64,000 nucleotides of DNA. It comes from Lobosporangium transversale (taxonomy: Eukaryota). The notes under the pieces were generated by a model. It saw nothing but the letters and a program-made list of their open reading frames with translations. It was not told where the DNA came from and made no database searches. The stretch covers positions 744,001 through 808,000 of the forward strand of contig NW_019028980.1 of NCBI RefSeq assembly GCF_002105155.1, in the 5' to 3' direction. Below are positions 1 to 11,566 of this stretch, piece after piece (positions within the stretch are counted from its first letter, which is position 1; the number at the start of each line of letters is the position of its first letter). Made by a program: the position numbers and the translations under genes.

Positions 1-740
1 GGGTCAAGGGCGGGAAATTGCCTGGCATTCTGATCGGGACCGAGAAGGGCTGTAATGCTGCTTGCTCTGGAGGTGGAACCGCTGAACGCTGCTTCTCAAC
101 TCGTATGATGTGGCGTGCACATGGTAGTGGCGAGCTCTATCTCTATGCTGCCAAATCTCTTTATTTCCCAAAAGAGAAACCAGAAAAATGTAGTCGCAGC
201 TTGGACAAAAGATCGCCTGAAGCCTTGTTCCAGCTTGAGCAGCGACAGATCAAAGCTGTTCACATCCCTGAGGATGATGAATGGGATGAAGCCTCATATT
301 TTAGTGAGGCAGGCCTGCATAAGCGTGCACTTGATAACTCGTGCCTGAATGGGATCAATGTCAGGATCACCCCTGGCTCTCGCAATATGTGTAACCCGAC
401 CTATGGAATTTCAGTTGGTCGTGGCGGCGACTTTAAGTTCAGGGCTGGTACCTGGCATAATATTACCCAGATCGTTCGCGTCAACTCCAAGGGCAAGGCC
501 GTGAAGGACGGTTACCTGGCTGTCTACTTGGACCGCAAACCCGTTGTTCAAATCAATAATCTAGTCCTTCTCAAGAATGGTTACGATCCTAAAAAGACCG
601 TCGGTGAAGACCGTCTAGTCAAGTTTATGTTTTCATCCTTCTTCGGTGGCGCTGACGCGAGTTACCGGACTCGTAAGGCTCAATGGATTGCCTGGAAAGG
701 ATTCAAGATGACCACCAGTGTCAAGAACATTTGGCACTAG
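1..740 (+). CDS. Polysaccharide lyase family 14-like protein, 3' part (gene starts before the window)
   Basis: Motifs GKLPG...CSGG...CFSTRMMWR..G.GELYLY, GTWHNITQIVRVN...DGYL and FMFSSFFGG match the PL14 pattern. The frame is open from the window edge to TAG at 738-740. Confidence 0.75.
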   Translation, partial: VKGGKLPGILIGTEKGCNAACSGGGTAERCFSTRMMWRAHGSGELYLYAAKSLYFPKEKPEKCSRSLDKRSPEALFQLEQRQIKAVHIPEDDEWDEASYFSEAGLHKRALDNSCLNGINVRITPGSRNMCNPTYGISVGRGGDFKFRAGTWHNITQIVRVNSKGKAVKDGYLAVYLDRKPVVQINNLVLLKNGYDPKKTVGEDRLVKFMFSSFFGGADASYRTRKAQWIAWKGFKMTTSVKNIWH

Positions 741-1036
741 AGATCACATCGATTGCAGCATTTTTTTTTTTCAACTCATTTTCCTTATGTAACTTATTGT
801 CAATTCATTTTTATATACCATGTATACTTGCCGCATTAGTTTTTTATATTATCGCGTAGATGTTTTTGTACATTCACCATTACATACATTACACACATTA
901 CATACATTCCATAAGAGAATAATAGCGTTGATCGCTTTGACTCTTTCTATCCAATAAAAATGTACTTTATAACTCATATACACGCTCTGTCTTTCGTTCT
1001 GAATGTGAGACATGGGGCCCTCTATCTTCAAAGCTC

Positions 1037-2008
1037 CTAATGGTGAATATAAAAATCACTACCAACTCCCAGCGACGCGACTCTGCCAGGCATGGCCTGC
1101 TCCAGTGCAGCCTTTGCTCTCCATCCGGAGCAATGACCTGGAGCCATAAATGATGGATCGATCTTTAACATATCATCAATTGTTTCTAATAAAAAAAAAA
1201 AAAAAAAAAAAAAAAAAGATTTAAAGAGCTGCAACTACTGAATTTTCTTTTTCCTTTTCTCATGGTTGGTATTAAATGGACTGACGTACCTTTGATCCTT
1301 GTTTCGACACTGTGTCCAGCAAGGTGGAATCCTCCCACAACGAAAAAGATTTGATTGTCAGCAACGTCGCTGCCTTTGGCACTGTTGGAATTACTATTGT
1401 TGCTGTTTTTTGGATCAAACGCGTGTTTCACGTCCTGACAGACGTTAATCACGCCTGCATGACTACAGCCCGTGAGGACGACAAGACCCTTGGATCTGAC
1501 TCGAGCAACCAAGTATCGCTCATCCATGATCTCAGGTTCCGGTTTCCAAGATTTACTGTCCTGGAACCATCGAACATGATTTGGAATACCGGTTTCATAA
1601 GATGTCTTGCGTGGAATCAGGCCTGAGACGCCGAAAAATCCATCGCAGATCGTATGTGCCTGACTTTTCAGCGAAACCTTTTAAAAAAAAATAGCGTGAG
1701 AAAAAAATAAAAGATAAAAAAAGAGGAGTCAAAACAAAAAAAAATAAATAAATAAAATAAAAAACTTCCATTACCTGTGCACCAGCCTTCTTAAGGCCAT
1801 CAAGAGAAGGATCCGCACCCCAGGCTACATACTGAATAGGCTCCTCTTCTGGCTCATTATGAACCTTTAACGATTTGGTGAGACATGTACCACGTTGATC
1901 TGGTCGATCAGGGTGCAAATCCACGACAACTATAAAAAAAAAAAATAGCGTTTTCATTTCGAAACTCTCTGAGGTTTTTGTTCCAGAAGAAGAACGGGTT
2001 GGGGATTG

Positions 2009-2042
<34 letters not shown>

Positions 2043-2840
2043 ATAACAAGGACCCTCAAGAACGGATTGGGGGATTGCTTCGATATTCTTTCATTATGAT
2101 GTGATGGATGTTTATGATGTGATGGATATTTATGTGCTTACCTGGTGATAGGCCTTGCTTTTTCTCACGCGCCTCCCTAATCTTCTCAACAGCCGCAATC
2201 ATACCACCCGAGTGATCAATATGCCAGTGTGAAAGAACAACAACCTCAATCTTTTCAAACTCAAGTTCAAGCCGTCTGGCATTGTCAAGGAAAATGGCAG
2301 AATGTGGCCCTGTATCAAAGAGAATTCTGTGTTCAACACCATCCTTGATTCCCGTCTAAATTATTTTAATTATTTATTAGTCCTATTTCGCTCAAAAGTT
2401 CCATGGTAAGATCATTCGAGGTTGGTGCAGAGTAATAATAAGAATAGCAAATAAGTTTTTACCACTAAGATGGATAATCCATGCGCTCCACAGCAGACAT
2501 CGTTGAAATCAAAGGCAATGGTGCGAACAGGTCGTTCACCATCTTGAGTATGCGGATGTACATCCTCATGTCCATGTCCATGTTCATGCTCATGTTCACG
2601 TTCACGCTCATGAGTGTTGGCTGACTCTTTTTCTGTGGTCTTCTCCCAGTCAATATTTCTCTTGTCCGAAAACAGTTTGATGGCCTGTGCGGTCTGCCCT
2701 AGTTCTCTAGGGACTGAAGTCATAAAGTCGACATCATTATCCACAATGACGGTCAGACGTAAGGCATCGAGTTCAATAAGATCTGGGAATAAATTCGGCT
2801 CTGCTTCACGAGAGTCTGTGGTCGGTGTGGAAGTTGCCAT
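1037..2840 (-). CDS. Metallo-beta-lactamase-fold protein (MJ0448/dihydropterin-synthase-like family), multi-exon
   Basis: Spliced reading gives LTVIVDN...GAHGLSILV|TG...ILFDTGP...VVLSHWHIDHSGG (HxHxDH)...LVVLTGCSHAGVIN...VVGGFHLAG...APGHCSG...GVGSDFYIHH*. GT-AG introns separate the ORF-track fragments. Confidence 0.85.
1991..2079 (-). mobile_element. Very 5'-truncated poly(A)-tailed non-LTR retroelement stub with ~20-bp TSD, inside an intron
   Basis: AGAACGGGTTGGGGATTGCT (1991-2010), then poly(T) + GATAACAAGGACCCTC, then AGAACGGATTGGGGGATTGCT (2059-2079). The two TSD copies differ by one substitution and one indel. Confidence 0.75.
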
Positions 2841-3076
2841 AGTTGAAAGAAATGAAGTTTTGTTGAGATAAAACAAAAAAAAAAAAAAAAAAGCGAAGAC
2901 AATTCTTTAGTACTTCACATTTATTTATAAAAAAATAAAAAAAAAAAAAACTTTGTTGCGCAGTATAACCATGCGCCAGCGACGCGTCTCCCGCCACGTT
3001 TTTTCATTCTCGGCTTACTTTCAATGGGAAATGGGCTTTTACGCGAATGCAGTTCACAGAAAGAGTCATCTTTTTT

Positions 3077-3092
3077 AAACCGATCGACTCCT

Positions 3093-3126
<34 letters not shown>

Positions 3127-3163
3127 ATAACAAGGACCCTCAGGAAACCGATCGACTCCTTCT
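3077..3163 (-). mobile_element. Second non-LTR stub of the same family with a perfect 19-bp TSD
   Basis: AAACCGATCGACTCCTTCT at 3077-3095 and 3145-3163 flanks poly(T) + GATAACAAGGACCCTCAGG. Confidence 0.85.
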
Positions 3164-3362
3164 CTTCGGCACATAAAAAAATAAATTATCCATAGCTCCA
3201 ACGCGTCTTCTTCCAGATACTTCATCATGTACAGAGAGTCCTCAAAAAAGGGTCCAAAATAGTGCCTTGTCAATGAGCCCTTTTAATTCAATTAAGAAGA
3301 GGGTCGTTTTTTAAGCCCTTTCTTTAAGGTTGATCGATAAAGCATTATATATATAATATATA

Positions 3363-3410
3363 TTTTTTTTTTTTTTTTTTTTTTTTTGGTAACAAGGACC
3401 CACGAGGTCA
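3363..3410 (-). mobile_element. Third, more diverged copy of the non-LTR 3' end (5' extent unknown)
   Basis: poly(T) + GGTAACAAGGACCCACGAGG resembles the two stubs. No clear TSD seen. Confidence 0.55.
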
Positions 3411-3641
3411 TGTAGGATTTATTTATATGTAGCAGACTCGGCCTGATAAAGAGGGTGTTACCCAGCTTGCATGGCATTGAGGGTAGGGTAGCATACCATG
3501 CAGCTTCTTGATATGGTGGCACCTGGCTGTAAGACAAGGACCATGTATTTATAGGTCGTGCTAATGTAGAATGTGCTCTTGTGGAAAGCCTAAGTGTTAC
3601 TAAAGATTTGGAAGCTACTAGGTACAACACGCTCGCAAGGC

Positions 3642-3715
3642 GCTGGAATGGTGTAGTTGGTTATCACATGCCTCTCACTAAGGCAAGGTCCCAGGTTCGA
3701 ACCCTGGTTTCAGCA
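3642..3715 (+). tRNA. tRNA-Val (anticodon CAC)
   Basis: Cloverleaf: acceptor GCTGGAA/TTTCAGC, D-arm GTGTAGTTGGTTATCAC, anticodon stem TGCCT/AGGCA with loop CTCACTA, T-arm CCAGG-TTCGAAC-CCTGG. A T-run (Pol III terminator) follows. Confidence 0.9.
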
Positions 3716-4462
3716 CTTTTGCCACCAACCGCGGCATTCTTTTTGTTTTGGGTATGGATTACTCTATTTGGCAGCCCAGCTGCCAAATAGCATCAGACTT
3801 TTGTCTATCGTCCACCATCACCAGAAGATCCTTTATTAATTTATTTCCGACATCACGTAAGTGCAGTCGCTCTTAGTTTGGTTGTTTGGCACCTTATCCT
3901 CGTGGTTCAACTTTGATTCTGATCCGTTTGGTAAGCTTTCCGTACCTTTGTCTCAATCTAAACCGCAAAATGCCTAATTTAAAGATGGCCTTTGAAAGCC
4001 GAACTTCGTCTTTTAGTACTTGTTTTCTTTTCTTTCATCCATGCGGTCTTCGACTTTGTATGGTGGCAATCACTCCTGACATTTTATGTGAGGGAAATAA
4101 CTACTTCAGCTTGGTTGCGGTACTTTTTTTTTCTTTTCTTCTTCAAGCTTGGGTTTAGTGTTAGGTCACGTTAGTCATCCTTTACATTATAAAGGTCCCT
4201 TGTAATATTTCACCCAAGAAGCGTGCTGATTGTAAAACGGTGATACTGACCAAACCGATGAATGTTTTTTCTTAAAAGCTTGTTTCTGCCACGTTGGCGA
4301 TTAAAATTGCTCTCACAAGAGTCACCAGGAATATTTTTGAATTGGCGCATTCGGAAAACTAACTTTTGGTCAAGATTAAACCCTTTGATTGACATTTTTT
4401 TGCAGCTATCGAGACTACTCATAAAGTTGACACAAACAAAGGATAATCTCACAGGAAGGGGT

Positions 4463-5277
4463 TCACATCTCCTGAAATCCTCCATTTTTGGCCTCAGGCG
4501 CGATCATTTTTTTTACAGATCTCGGTTGTAATGATCTTCAGTTCGCTTATTATAGTGCTTTTCAGTTCGTCCATGGTGCTCTTCATCTCGGCTGTGGCGG
4601 AGATCACAAGTAGAAATGGCAAAGCATATTAGGCAAAAATAAAATAAAATAAATTAAAAAAAAGTACAGATATCACAAAGCCTGTTGTCTGTTGTTTTCG
4701 ACTGAAATGAACTGATATCAACTCACTTACAGACATCCTTCTCTAGAGATCTTAGACGAGATGCTATGGTACCACCATCAGCATCACTGCCATACTTGTC
4801 GAGGATTTCGGAACGCGGTGGTGGGGTCACGCGGTATGCCCTGTAAGGAGAGGGTACCTCGACGGGGTCTGGCGGGGGAGGGGGATGAGTGGAGAGTTCT
4901 GTGGACATGACGAGTGGGGTCGGATCGATATAATGCCAGGGACTGCTGAGCCTGACAGGCAGTATCACAAACGTGGCGTTTTTTGGACATTTTTTTTTCT
5001 CCTCAAATATGTCTGCAATGCTCGTCTGGCACCGACGGCATTTGTGGACATGCCGAGGAAACGCTATATGTCCAACTTCATTACATTCTTCCCCGGGCAG
5101 TTGGAACTTGCCAGTTTTTGTCGGTGTAGTAGTGTAGGCGATGCACAGTTTGCTGCGAATTGGTTTGAAGTAGACGGTGGCACTTGCAGAGGAAGAAAGG
5201 CTTTCTGCACCATCGTAAGGAGGAGGAGGGCCTTCTGGCGTGGTATTCTTGTTTTTTTTTATTATAGTTTTAGGCAT
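4463..5277 (-). CDS. Hypothetical two-exon protein (Pro-rich, PPPPY motif, Cys/His cluster, predicted helical C-terminus)
   Basis: ATG at 5277. The ORF reaches ...LEKDV|GTAAGT (donor near 4729), resumes at a CAG acceptor near 4592 with EMKSTMDELKSTIISELK...GFQEM, and stops at TGA 4463-4465. Confidence 0.55.
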
Positions 5278-5369
5278 CACCAACTCAAAATAAAAAAGGA
5301 ACTTGAATTTCTTTGTTCAAGATGCTGGCCTTCTTTTTAAGTGAAGGGTTTACTTTGTTCATAATTCTG

Positions 5370-5533
5370 TCCAGCGTCCCAATATTTTTACACGGGTTTA
5401 CTGCGTAAATATTTTTGGGTGGCTCGCTTACATTTTACATGTGTTTGCTTCGTTCATATTTTTTCCAGCGGTCCTAATTCTTTACATGGGTCTACTGCGT
5501 TGATTTTTTGCCAGTGTCACTAACATCTAGACA
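5370..5533. repeat. About 3.5 degenerate ~47-bp tandem repeats between two divergent ORFs
   Basis: Unit roughly CCAGCG-(N~12)-TTTACA(C/T)G(G/T)GT(T/C)T(A/G)CT(G/T)CGT-NNN-ATTTTTT, starting near 5370, 5417, 5465 and (partial) 5511. Confidence 0.6.
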
Positions 5534-5700
5534 TTCATACCTTGCACGTGGCCAACTTCATTTTTTAAAAAAATTCATCAGTTCCAGTAGAGAAATATGG
5601 GGCCCAGACTAGGGACAAATATTATTTTTTTTTCTTCTCATTTCTTCATTCCAACCATTACATATTTTCCACATTCATACCTTTATCACATACATTCTGC

Positions 5701-6207
5701 ATGTCTTCCACTAACAACACCATTTCTTCTTCCTCTGCAGTTAGCACTAGCAAGAAACGTACTCGTGACGAAGTAGAGAGCACTCCCAACGTCAACAAGG
5801 TGTCATCGAGTACCCGATCCGATCCAAACGAGTACCGTGGCAGGTTAGTGCCTTTCGCGCCAGTGTCCACGGATGGTGTGCTAAGTGCATATAGTAAACT
5901 TTTCCTGGATCTGAATCACTGTTCAATCCGCGGGCAGTCTAATCCTTTGCCAGCCGACTATCAGGACGGGCCTCGAGAGTGGTTGACACTCGAGGGTCAT
6001 GTGGCGAGGACACACAAGGGCGATGTGGTGAAGCGTGAAACCTTCACGCTATTCCATCTGCATGAGCCATCGTTGTTCAAGCAGTTGGAGAAGCACAAGC
6101 TTCGGCTGGTCTCGGAGGAGGATTGGGAGACCGCCAAAAAAGCAAGGGCTACTCTGCAACAACAACGTAGAGTGACTGAAGCGCCTGTGGTTTATATTGG
6201 ATCCTGA
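5701..6207 (+). CDS. Hypothetical protein (168 aa; basic KKRTR patch near the N-terminus)
   Basis: Intronless ATG-initiated ORF with normal amino-acid composition, GC-richer than its flanks. No family recognised. Confidence 0.55.
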   Translation: MSSTNNTISSSSAVSTSKKRTRDEVESTPNVNKVSSSTRSDPNEYRGRLVPFAPVSTDGVLSAYSKLFLDLNHCSIRGQSNPLPADYQDGPREWLTLEGHVARTHKGDVVKRETFTLFHLHEPSLFKQLEKHKLRLVSEEDWETAKKARATLQQQRRVTEAPVVYIGS

Positions 6208-7368
6208 AATTACGGCGAGGAAAGGTCGACCACGGACAAAACGAATCAAGAGCAGTGTGGAGACCGGCAAGCATTTGTCGAAGCAAAGGTGTGGAGAGTG
6301 TGGGGCTCTAGGGCATAACAAAAGATTCCATAACCAAATTTAGAGGAAAAAAATATTTGTAAGGGGGCCTGTACCTTATTATTATTATTAGTATGGTAAA
6401 ATAAATTTATAACGGAGTGTTTCTTTATGGACATGTCGATACCTTGGTGCTATAGGCAAAGTCACTCATTTCAAACCTAATTGATGTCGCTCCATCCGAA
6501 GCTACTAATAGGCATCGAAGCGCAACTTATTCATATGAGTTTTACGCTTTCTGACAAACACTAATATTTGTAATAATATGATGAATGTTACAAGACGTAG
6601 TGTGTGAAGTTTGGTGGCTATTTATGTGGCTGCAGTGTTCCTTTTGTACGTGTACATTTGTACATGTGATCAGATATGCAATTAGACGAAATATGCAACA
6701 AGTCCAATATCGTTGTAAAAAGAAAGACATTTGGTGATCCTAAACCATCTTCGCAGTTAATGGAGGTTAAGAAGATTTATTGTCTAAAATACAGATTGGT
6801 ACATTGATGGGCCTTATATACTGTAATAGTTTATTTAGTCAAATTCCAATATGTGCCCATTAATAGGCAAAATGTTTCATAGGTTTCACGTACAGACACA
6901 GAGACACAGAGGCTAGAATTCAGGCACATGTCTTTTCACTACATCTAACCATAAAGTAGAAACTAAAAGCATCTTCAGTTACACGCGCGTAGCGCGCTCA
7001 CAAAGCGATCTGATCTGATCAACACCTTGCTTCATACTCAATTCTTCACTCCCTCATTCCATTCCCCTCATTCCTCTCATTCCTCTCATTCCTCATTCCG
7101 TACTCAAAGGAAAATAATAAAAAAAAGCGCGCTTGAGGGAAGCTAACAAGTGATCGATTGAACAATTGAATTATGAGGAGAGTATATTGAACTGGACTTG
7201 ACAATATGAGTTAAAAGTATAAAGGCATGTTCGCTTACGCTTATATTTTTCTTTTATACATCATACATCACCGCCATTTATTACGATAACCACTACTTGT
7301 AACGCTTGCTCGTACTCACAAATATCTACTCAATCCCCTCAACAAAAAATACAAAGTAACCTATCAAC

Positions 7369-10300
7369 ATGCCCCGCACCATCGCTTCTTCATCTTCTTG
7401 CAACGCTGCCTCCTCAACAACAAATGCAGGTCCAAGCGGCGCCTTCTTCGAATTTAGTGTGAAGCGAGGGAAAGAAGGAAGAAGTGGCTATGCACGAAAG
7501 GCTAAGGAAGCCAGAGATGAAAGAGGAAAAAGGAGAGAGATCCGTGAGGGCAAAAAAAGGGCCTGTTCTGTAGGCGTCCATAGCGTCTCCGAGGAACACA
7601 CCCCTCACAAGCGGATCCATTCCCAAGACACCATGATCGGTGCAACAACTGATAACTCCTCCAGCAACCCTCAATCGTCTTATTCGTCTGAAGAAACAGC
7701 AGAGCAGAGAAAAACCTGTGTCAACAATGTTCTTGAATCTCTCCTGGCCAACAAGAGTCCCTCAAAGACATTGCTGCAGTACAGGACGTACTTAAAAGCT
7801 TGGCAGGTAAATTTTTTTTTTGTTTATTTGTTTATTTTATTTTTTAGGACATTCAATTTTTTTTTCATGCTTCGTAATACAAAATATGTAAATACAATAT
7901 AAATGATAGGTGTTCTGCACAAGAGAAAAAGGGGACTGCAGCGTTGATGCAAGAAAAATGCTAAAGTTTTTCGAGGAGGTTGTTTTCAAGCGTACAGTGA
8001 AGAAATATATCGATCCAAATGCGGGATTCAGTGGCGCCGTTGGAAAGGCTTCATCACAGGCGTCCAAATCAGTGTTGGAGGGTAAGCTGACTCGCGAAAA
8101 TAAGAGAAAACTGAAGGCTTGGAAAGCAGAAACAGAAGAGAGTATTTTTCAGGATGTCGTCCATGAGCTGGAGCAAAATTATAGCCAACATGACTCACAG
8201 CCTTATAAGACCTTGGCCTTTGAGGAGTTCGAGGAAGCCTCCCAAGGTGACAAAGACGATGCAGGAAGCGAAGACGAGGAACAAAATCACTCGCAACCAG
8301 CTGAAGAAGAGGCCCTCATGTCTACTGAGCCGCAAGCCCTCATGGTCTCCTCCATTGCGGAAAGAACAAAAGGTAAATCTAGTGTAATCATGTAACCAAA
8401 ACAACCTTGTTCAAAGCTGTGGCTCACTCTTAATTGACATTCTGACACTTCATTTTAACTCAAATATAGTTCTTTCGCATCCGCTAACTGATGAGACTGG
8501 CCGAAAATTCATCTATGCGCCTATCTCGATAGAAACAGTGGATTGTGCCAGGAAGGCGTTAATTTATCTCTACAAGGAGCAAGCGTCATCAAAGGTGGAT
8601 TGGCCAAACCCTGCACCTCATCCGCGCAAGGATATCCCGCTGAAGGAGGCTATCGAGGAATACGAGGGGAAACTAGTGTATGACACCTCATTCCAGGGGT
8701 CGACGCGCACTGATACCTGTTCTATTCGTGACACCTATAATGAGAAGCAGTTTATTCGGATGGCCCTCCATACGTGGGGTATGAAGCCAATGCTGCGACT
8801 AAAAGGGAAGCGAGTGTATCATGCGGAAGGTAGGTTTCAGTATATGCGTGAACGCCTTTGTATCTTGGCACGACACCATATGCTGTTGCGAGATGAGGAT
8901 ATTCGCAACCTTAATCTGTCTGATGTATTCAGCATCATGTCTTCCCATCCGGCAAGTGGATCCCAGCCAGCTCTCGGACTTACATTTTGCATATCTCGTG
9001 GCAAAACGAATAAAAAAGGTGTTAAGCTTTATGCAACCGCCTTTCGTCATAAAGTTTTTTACAGGTGTACTGTAGGAGCGTTTGGCTTCTACATGTTGGA
9101 ACGATTCATGGTAAGGGACTTATGCCATTCTTGTCTCTTCTTACCGCAATATACACTATGTACTTTCCTAGCTCGTTGTTAAATGTTGGGCTGTGTACCA
9201 TCCTATAATAGCTGGATAAGGAGGATGTCCCAAACTTCGCTGATCCCGACGATTGGTACAACATCAAGCTTTTGATCGCAGCTAGTACGATCGAGAGGCG
9301 CAACGCAGGCCTTCGCAAGAATGCTGTTGCACCAAAGACTCAAATCGATGCCACAGCTTCTGTGATGCGAATCTGTGGCGTCTATTCGACCAAGGTCACT
9401 CACGCTGGTCGACACGCAGGAACATCAGATGCGTACCGTCTGGGCTTAGGCTTGGAGCATATCCGTCACCTTGGGCGTTGGGTAATGGGACAGATGGAGA
9501 GTTTCTATGCTCCAAAGAACCCCACCACGGGCGCGTTTTATATGGCTCATTTCAACAAGGAACAAGAACCTTATATCCTTGAACGTAATCTCGTTATCCC
9601 TGACTTGGAGCTGCAGAGGAAAATTTTCCCTTGGATCGAAGGGAACTTTAACAGCAGCGCTAGAGAGAATGAGGAATGGGTCAAGGATTGTGATGATGCT
9701 ATGACAGATGTAAACCCGGATCTCATCACGGAGGACGATCTGCACTGGGGAGGCTGGCAGGAGCGTATGCGCCATTCGACAGCGGCTAGGGATCAAGATG
9801 AAAAAACTACGGGAAGCTCCGCCGCAACGACCAATAAGCTCATGAACAGCGCAATGATTGATCGACGGGCTTTCCTACTATTGCTGGTACAAATGAGGAG
9901 AGTTACCCTTCAAGACGCCGTGCTGTACCTGAAGCCTGACAGCAAAGGAAGGACTTTGAGCAATAAACTTTTAGAATCACTTCCAGAAATCTTTGAGAGT
10001 CAGCTGTTCCTGGACTTTCAGATAGAGCTCCTCCGTACAATCGAAGTGCATCAGCAGAGCGCCAATGTCGTCAATCCATTGGTCCCAGTTGACAAACATG
10101 TGGTCTCCAACGCGCTAAACAGCCTTAGTCACCAGAATGCATCTCTTGAAGCAGCTATTGCTCGGCAAGGGGCACAAATGGCACAGCAAGAGGCACAACA
10201 AAGGGCGCAGTTGTCTGCCATGAGCTCAGAGCTCGCGACGCTAAAGCAGCAAATGGAGATAGTGATACATTTACTGCAAGGTCCGTCAGATCGCCAAGCT

Positions 10301-10825
10301 CCAACGCGTCCTTTGAATTCAGCCGGTCTCCTTGGGCCATATCTCCATACTATGCCAAGCTATCCTGCTCTGCGCGGAGTCCCTCAACAGCAACCGTTTG
10401 CGACGCGTCCCCCACAGGTACCTCAACAGCACTCATCGCTGGTTCAAGCTTCTTTACATTGCTTCCAACGAGCGCCGGAGTCACCGCATCACTCGTCCCC
10501 AGGCCCCAGCTCATCAAGCGCCACTTTTAAATGGAAAGCAGACCGTGGAAAGCTTACGGTGGCAGATGCTTGGGAGGAGTTTCATGGACCTCTTGCGGCA
10601 TTCAAAAGACTGAACCCGAGTTGGCCAGTGAGTACGTCAGATCAAAGGGCTTACAATCGACGATATGAGTTGATTAGGCTGATCAGCGAAGCAGCGCAAA
10701 GGGAGGGCCGCAAGCCTGAAGACATTGTTGCTGAGTGGTCACAAGCAAATGAGGGAAAGACTATTAACTCGCTGTTAATATCTATGAAAGCTAGGGAGCA
10801 TGAGGATCCTGAAGATGGCCAATAA
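7369..10825 (+). CDS. Crypton-type tyrosine recombinase (NDC10-II-like YR domain plus C-terminal GCR1_C-like DNA-binding domain), four exons
   Basis: Approximate exons 7369-7806, 7910-8372, 8470-9110, 9211-10825 with GT-AG borders. Catalytic-type motifs HHMLLRDEDIR (R), GKTNKKG (K), KVTHAGRHAG (HxxR), LGRW (W), MESFY (Y). C-terminal LTVADAWEEF...YNRRYELIRLI. Confidence 0.88.
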
Positions 10826-11566
10826 ATGACAATACACTTCCCCGGTAGGTAACAACATCATATATAGAAACATATACGATAGTAACACCATATATAATAA
10901 TGCATATAATAATAAAATACTAAATGCGTTAATTGATTTGCCAAAAAAAAAAAAAAAAAAAAAAAAAAATGGTATGTTTGTAAGTCGCGCATTTGCGATC
11001 CGTTTGGCGTTTGGTAGCGTCTTAACGCGCTTTCTCCTCATTTCCGTTGAGGGAAATAAATGACGAATAATATGGAGTATGGAAGAAGGGAATGTTAGGT
11101 CAGATTAACTTGACCAGATGTGGTCTGTAAAAAGCTAAATAATACCAGAACAGCAAGGTAACTGAAATACTAATAATTGAAAAGGAAGGAATATACGCCG
11201 TTTTCACTACATTTTACTCATTCTGTGGTTTACATTGACTAAATATACGCCAAAATGGTTACACAAACAAGACACAGAGCAGTGACAGTCACAGTTCAAG
11301 ACACAGAGCACTCCCTGTCTTAATATTGATTCAGATTCGCTCTATATACTGTACTAGCTGTGTGAGAACTCAGTGGGAACCATAGGATGTAGGGAAAGAG
11401 AGATTCTCAGCCGGGGGTTGCATTTTTCCTTAGTCCCCAAAAAATAGGCTGCCAAACAATGGCAAAAATTACTGTATTTGGTATGGGCTGCCAAATAGAT
11501 TAATCCCTTATATTTTTCATTTATTGTTTTTTTTCTTTATTTTTTTTTTTTATTTTTTTTCCTCGT

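Larger units (their letters stand above)
3756..11506. mobile_element. Putative 7.75-kb Crypton-type element bounded by 23-bp inverted repeats, with two extra ORFs
   Basis: GGATTACTCTATTTGGCAGCCCA (3756-3778) versus the reverse complement of 11484-11506 (GGATTAATCTATTTGGCAGCCCA): 22/23 identical. The segment encloses the tyrosine recombinase gene. Confidence 0.6.

Noticed and set aside
7369..10825. Starship captain (DUF3435) or host centromere protein NDC10
   Set aside because: The complete YR catalytic set plus a GCR1_C-like tail and repeat-bounded context fit a Crypton better.
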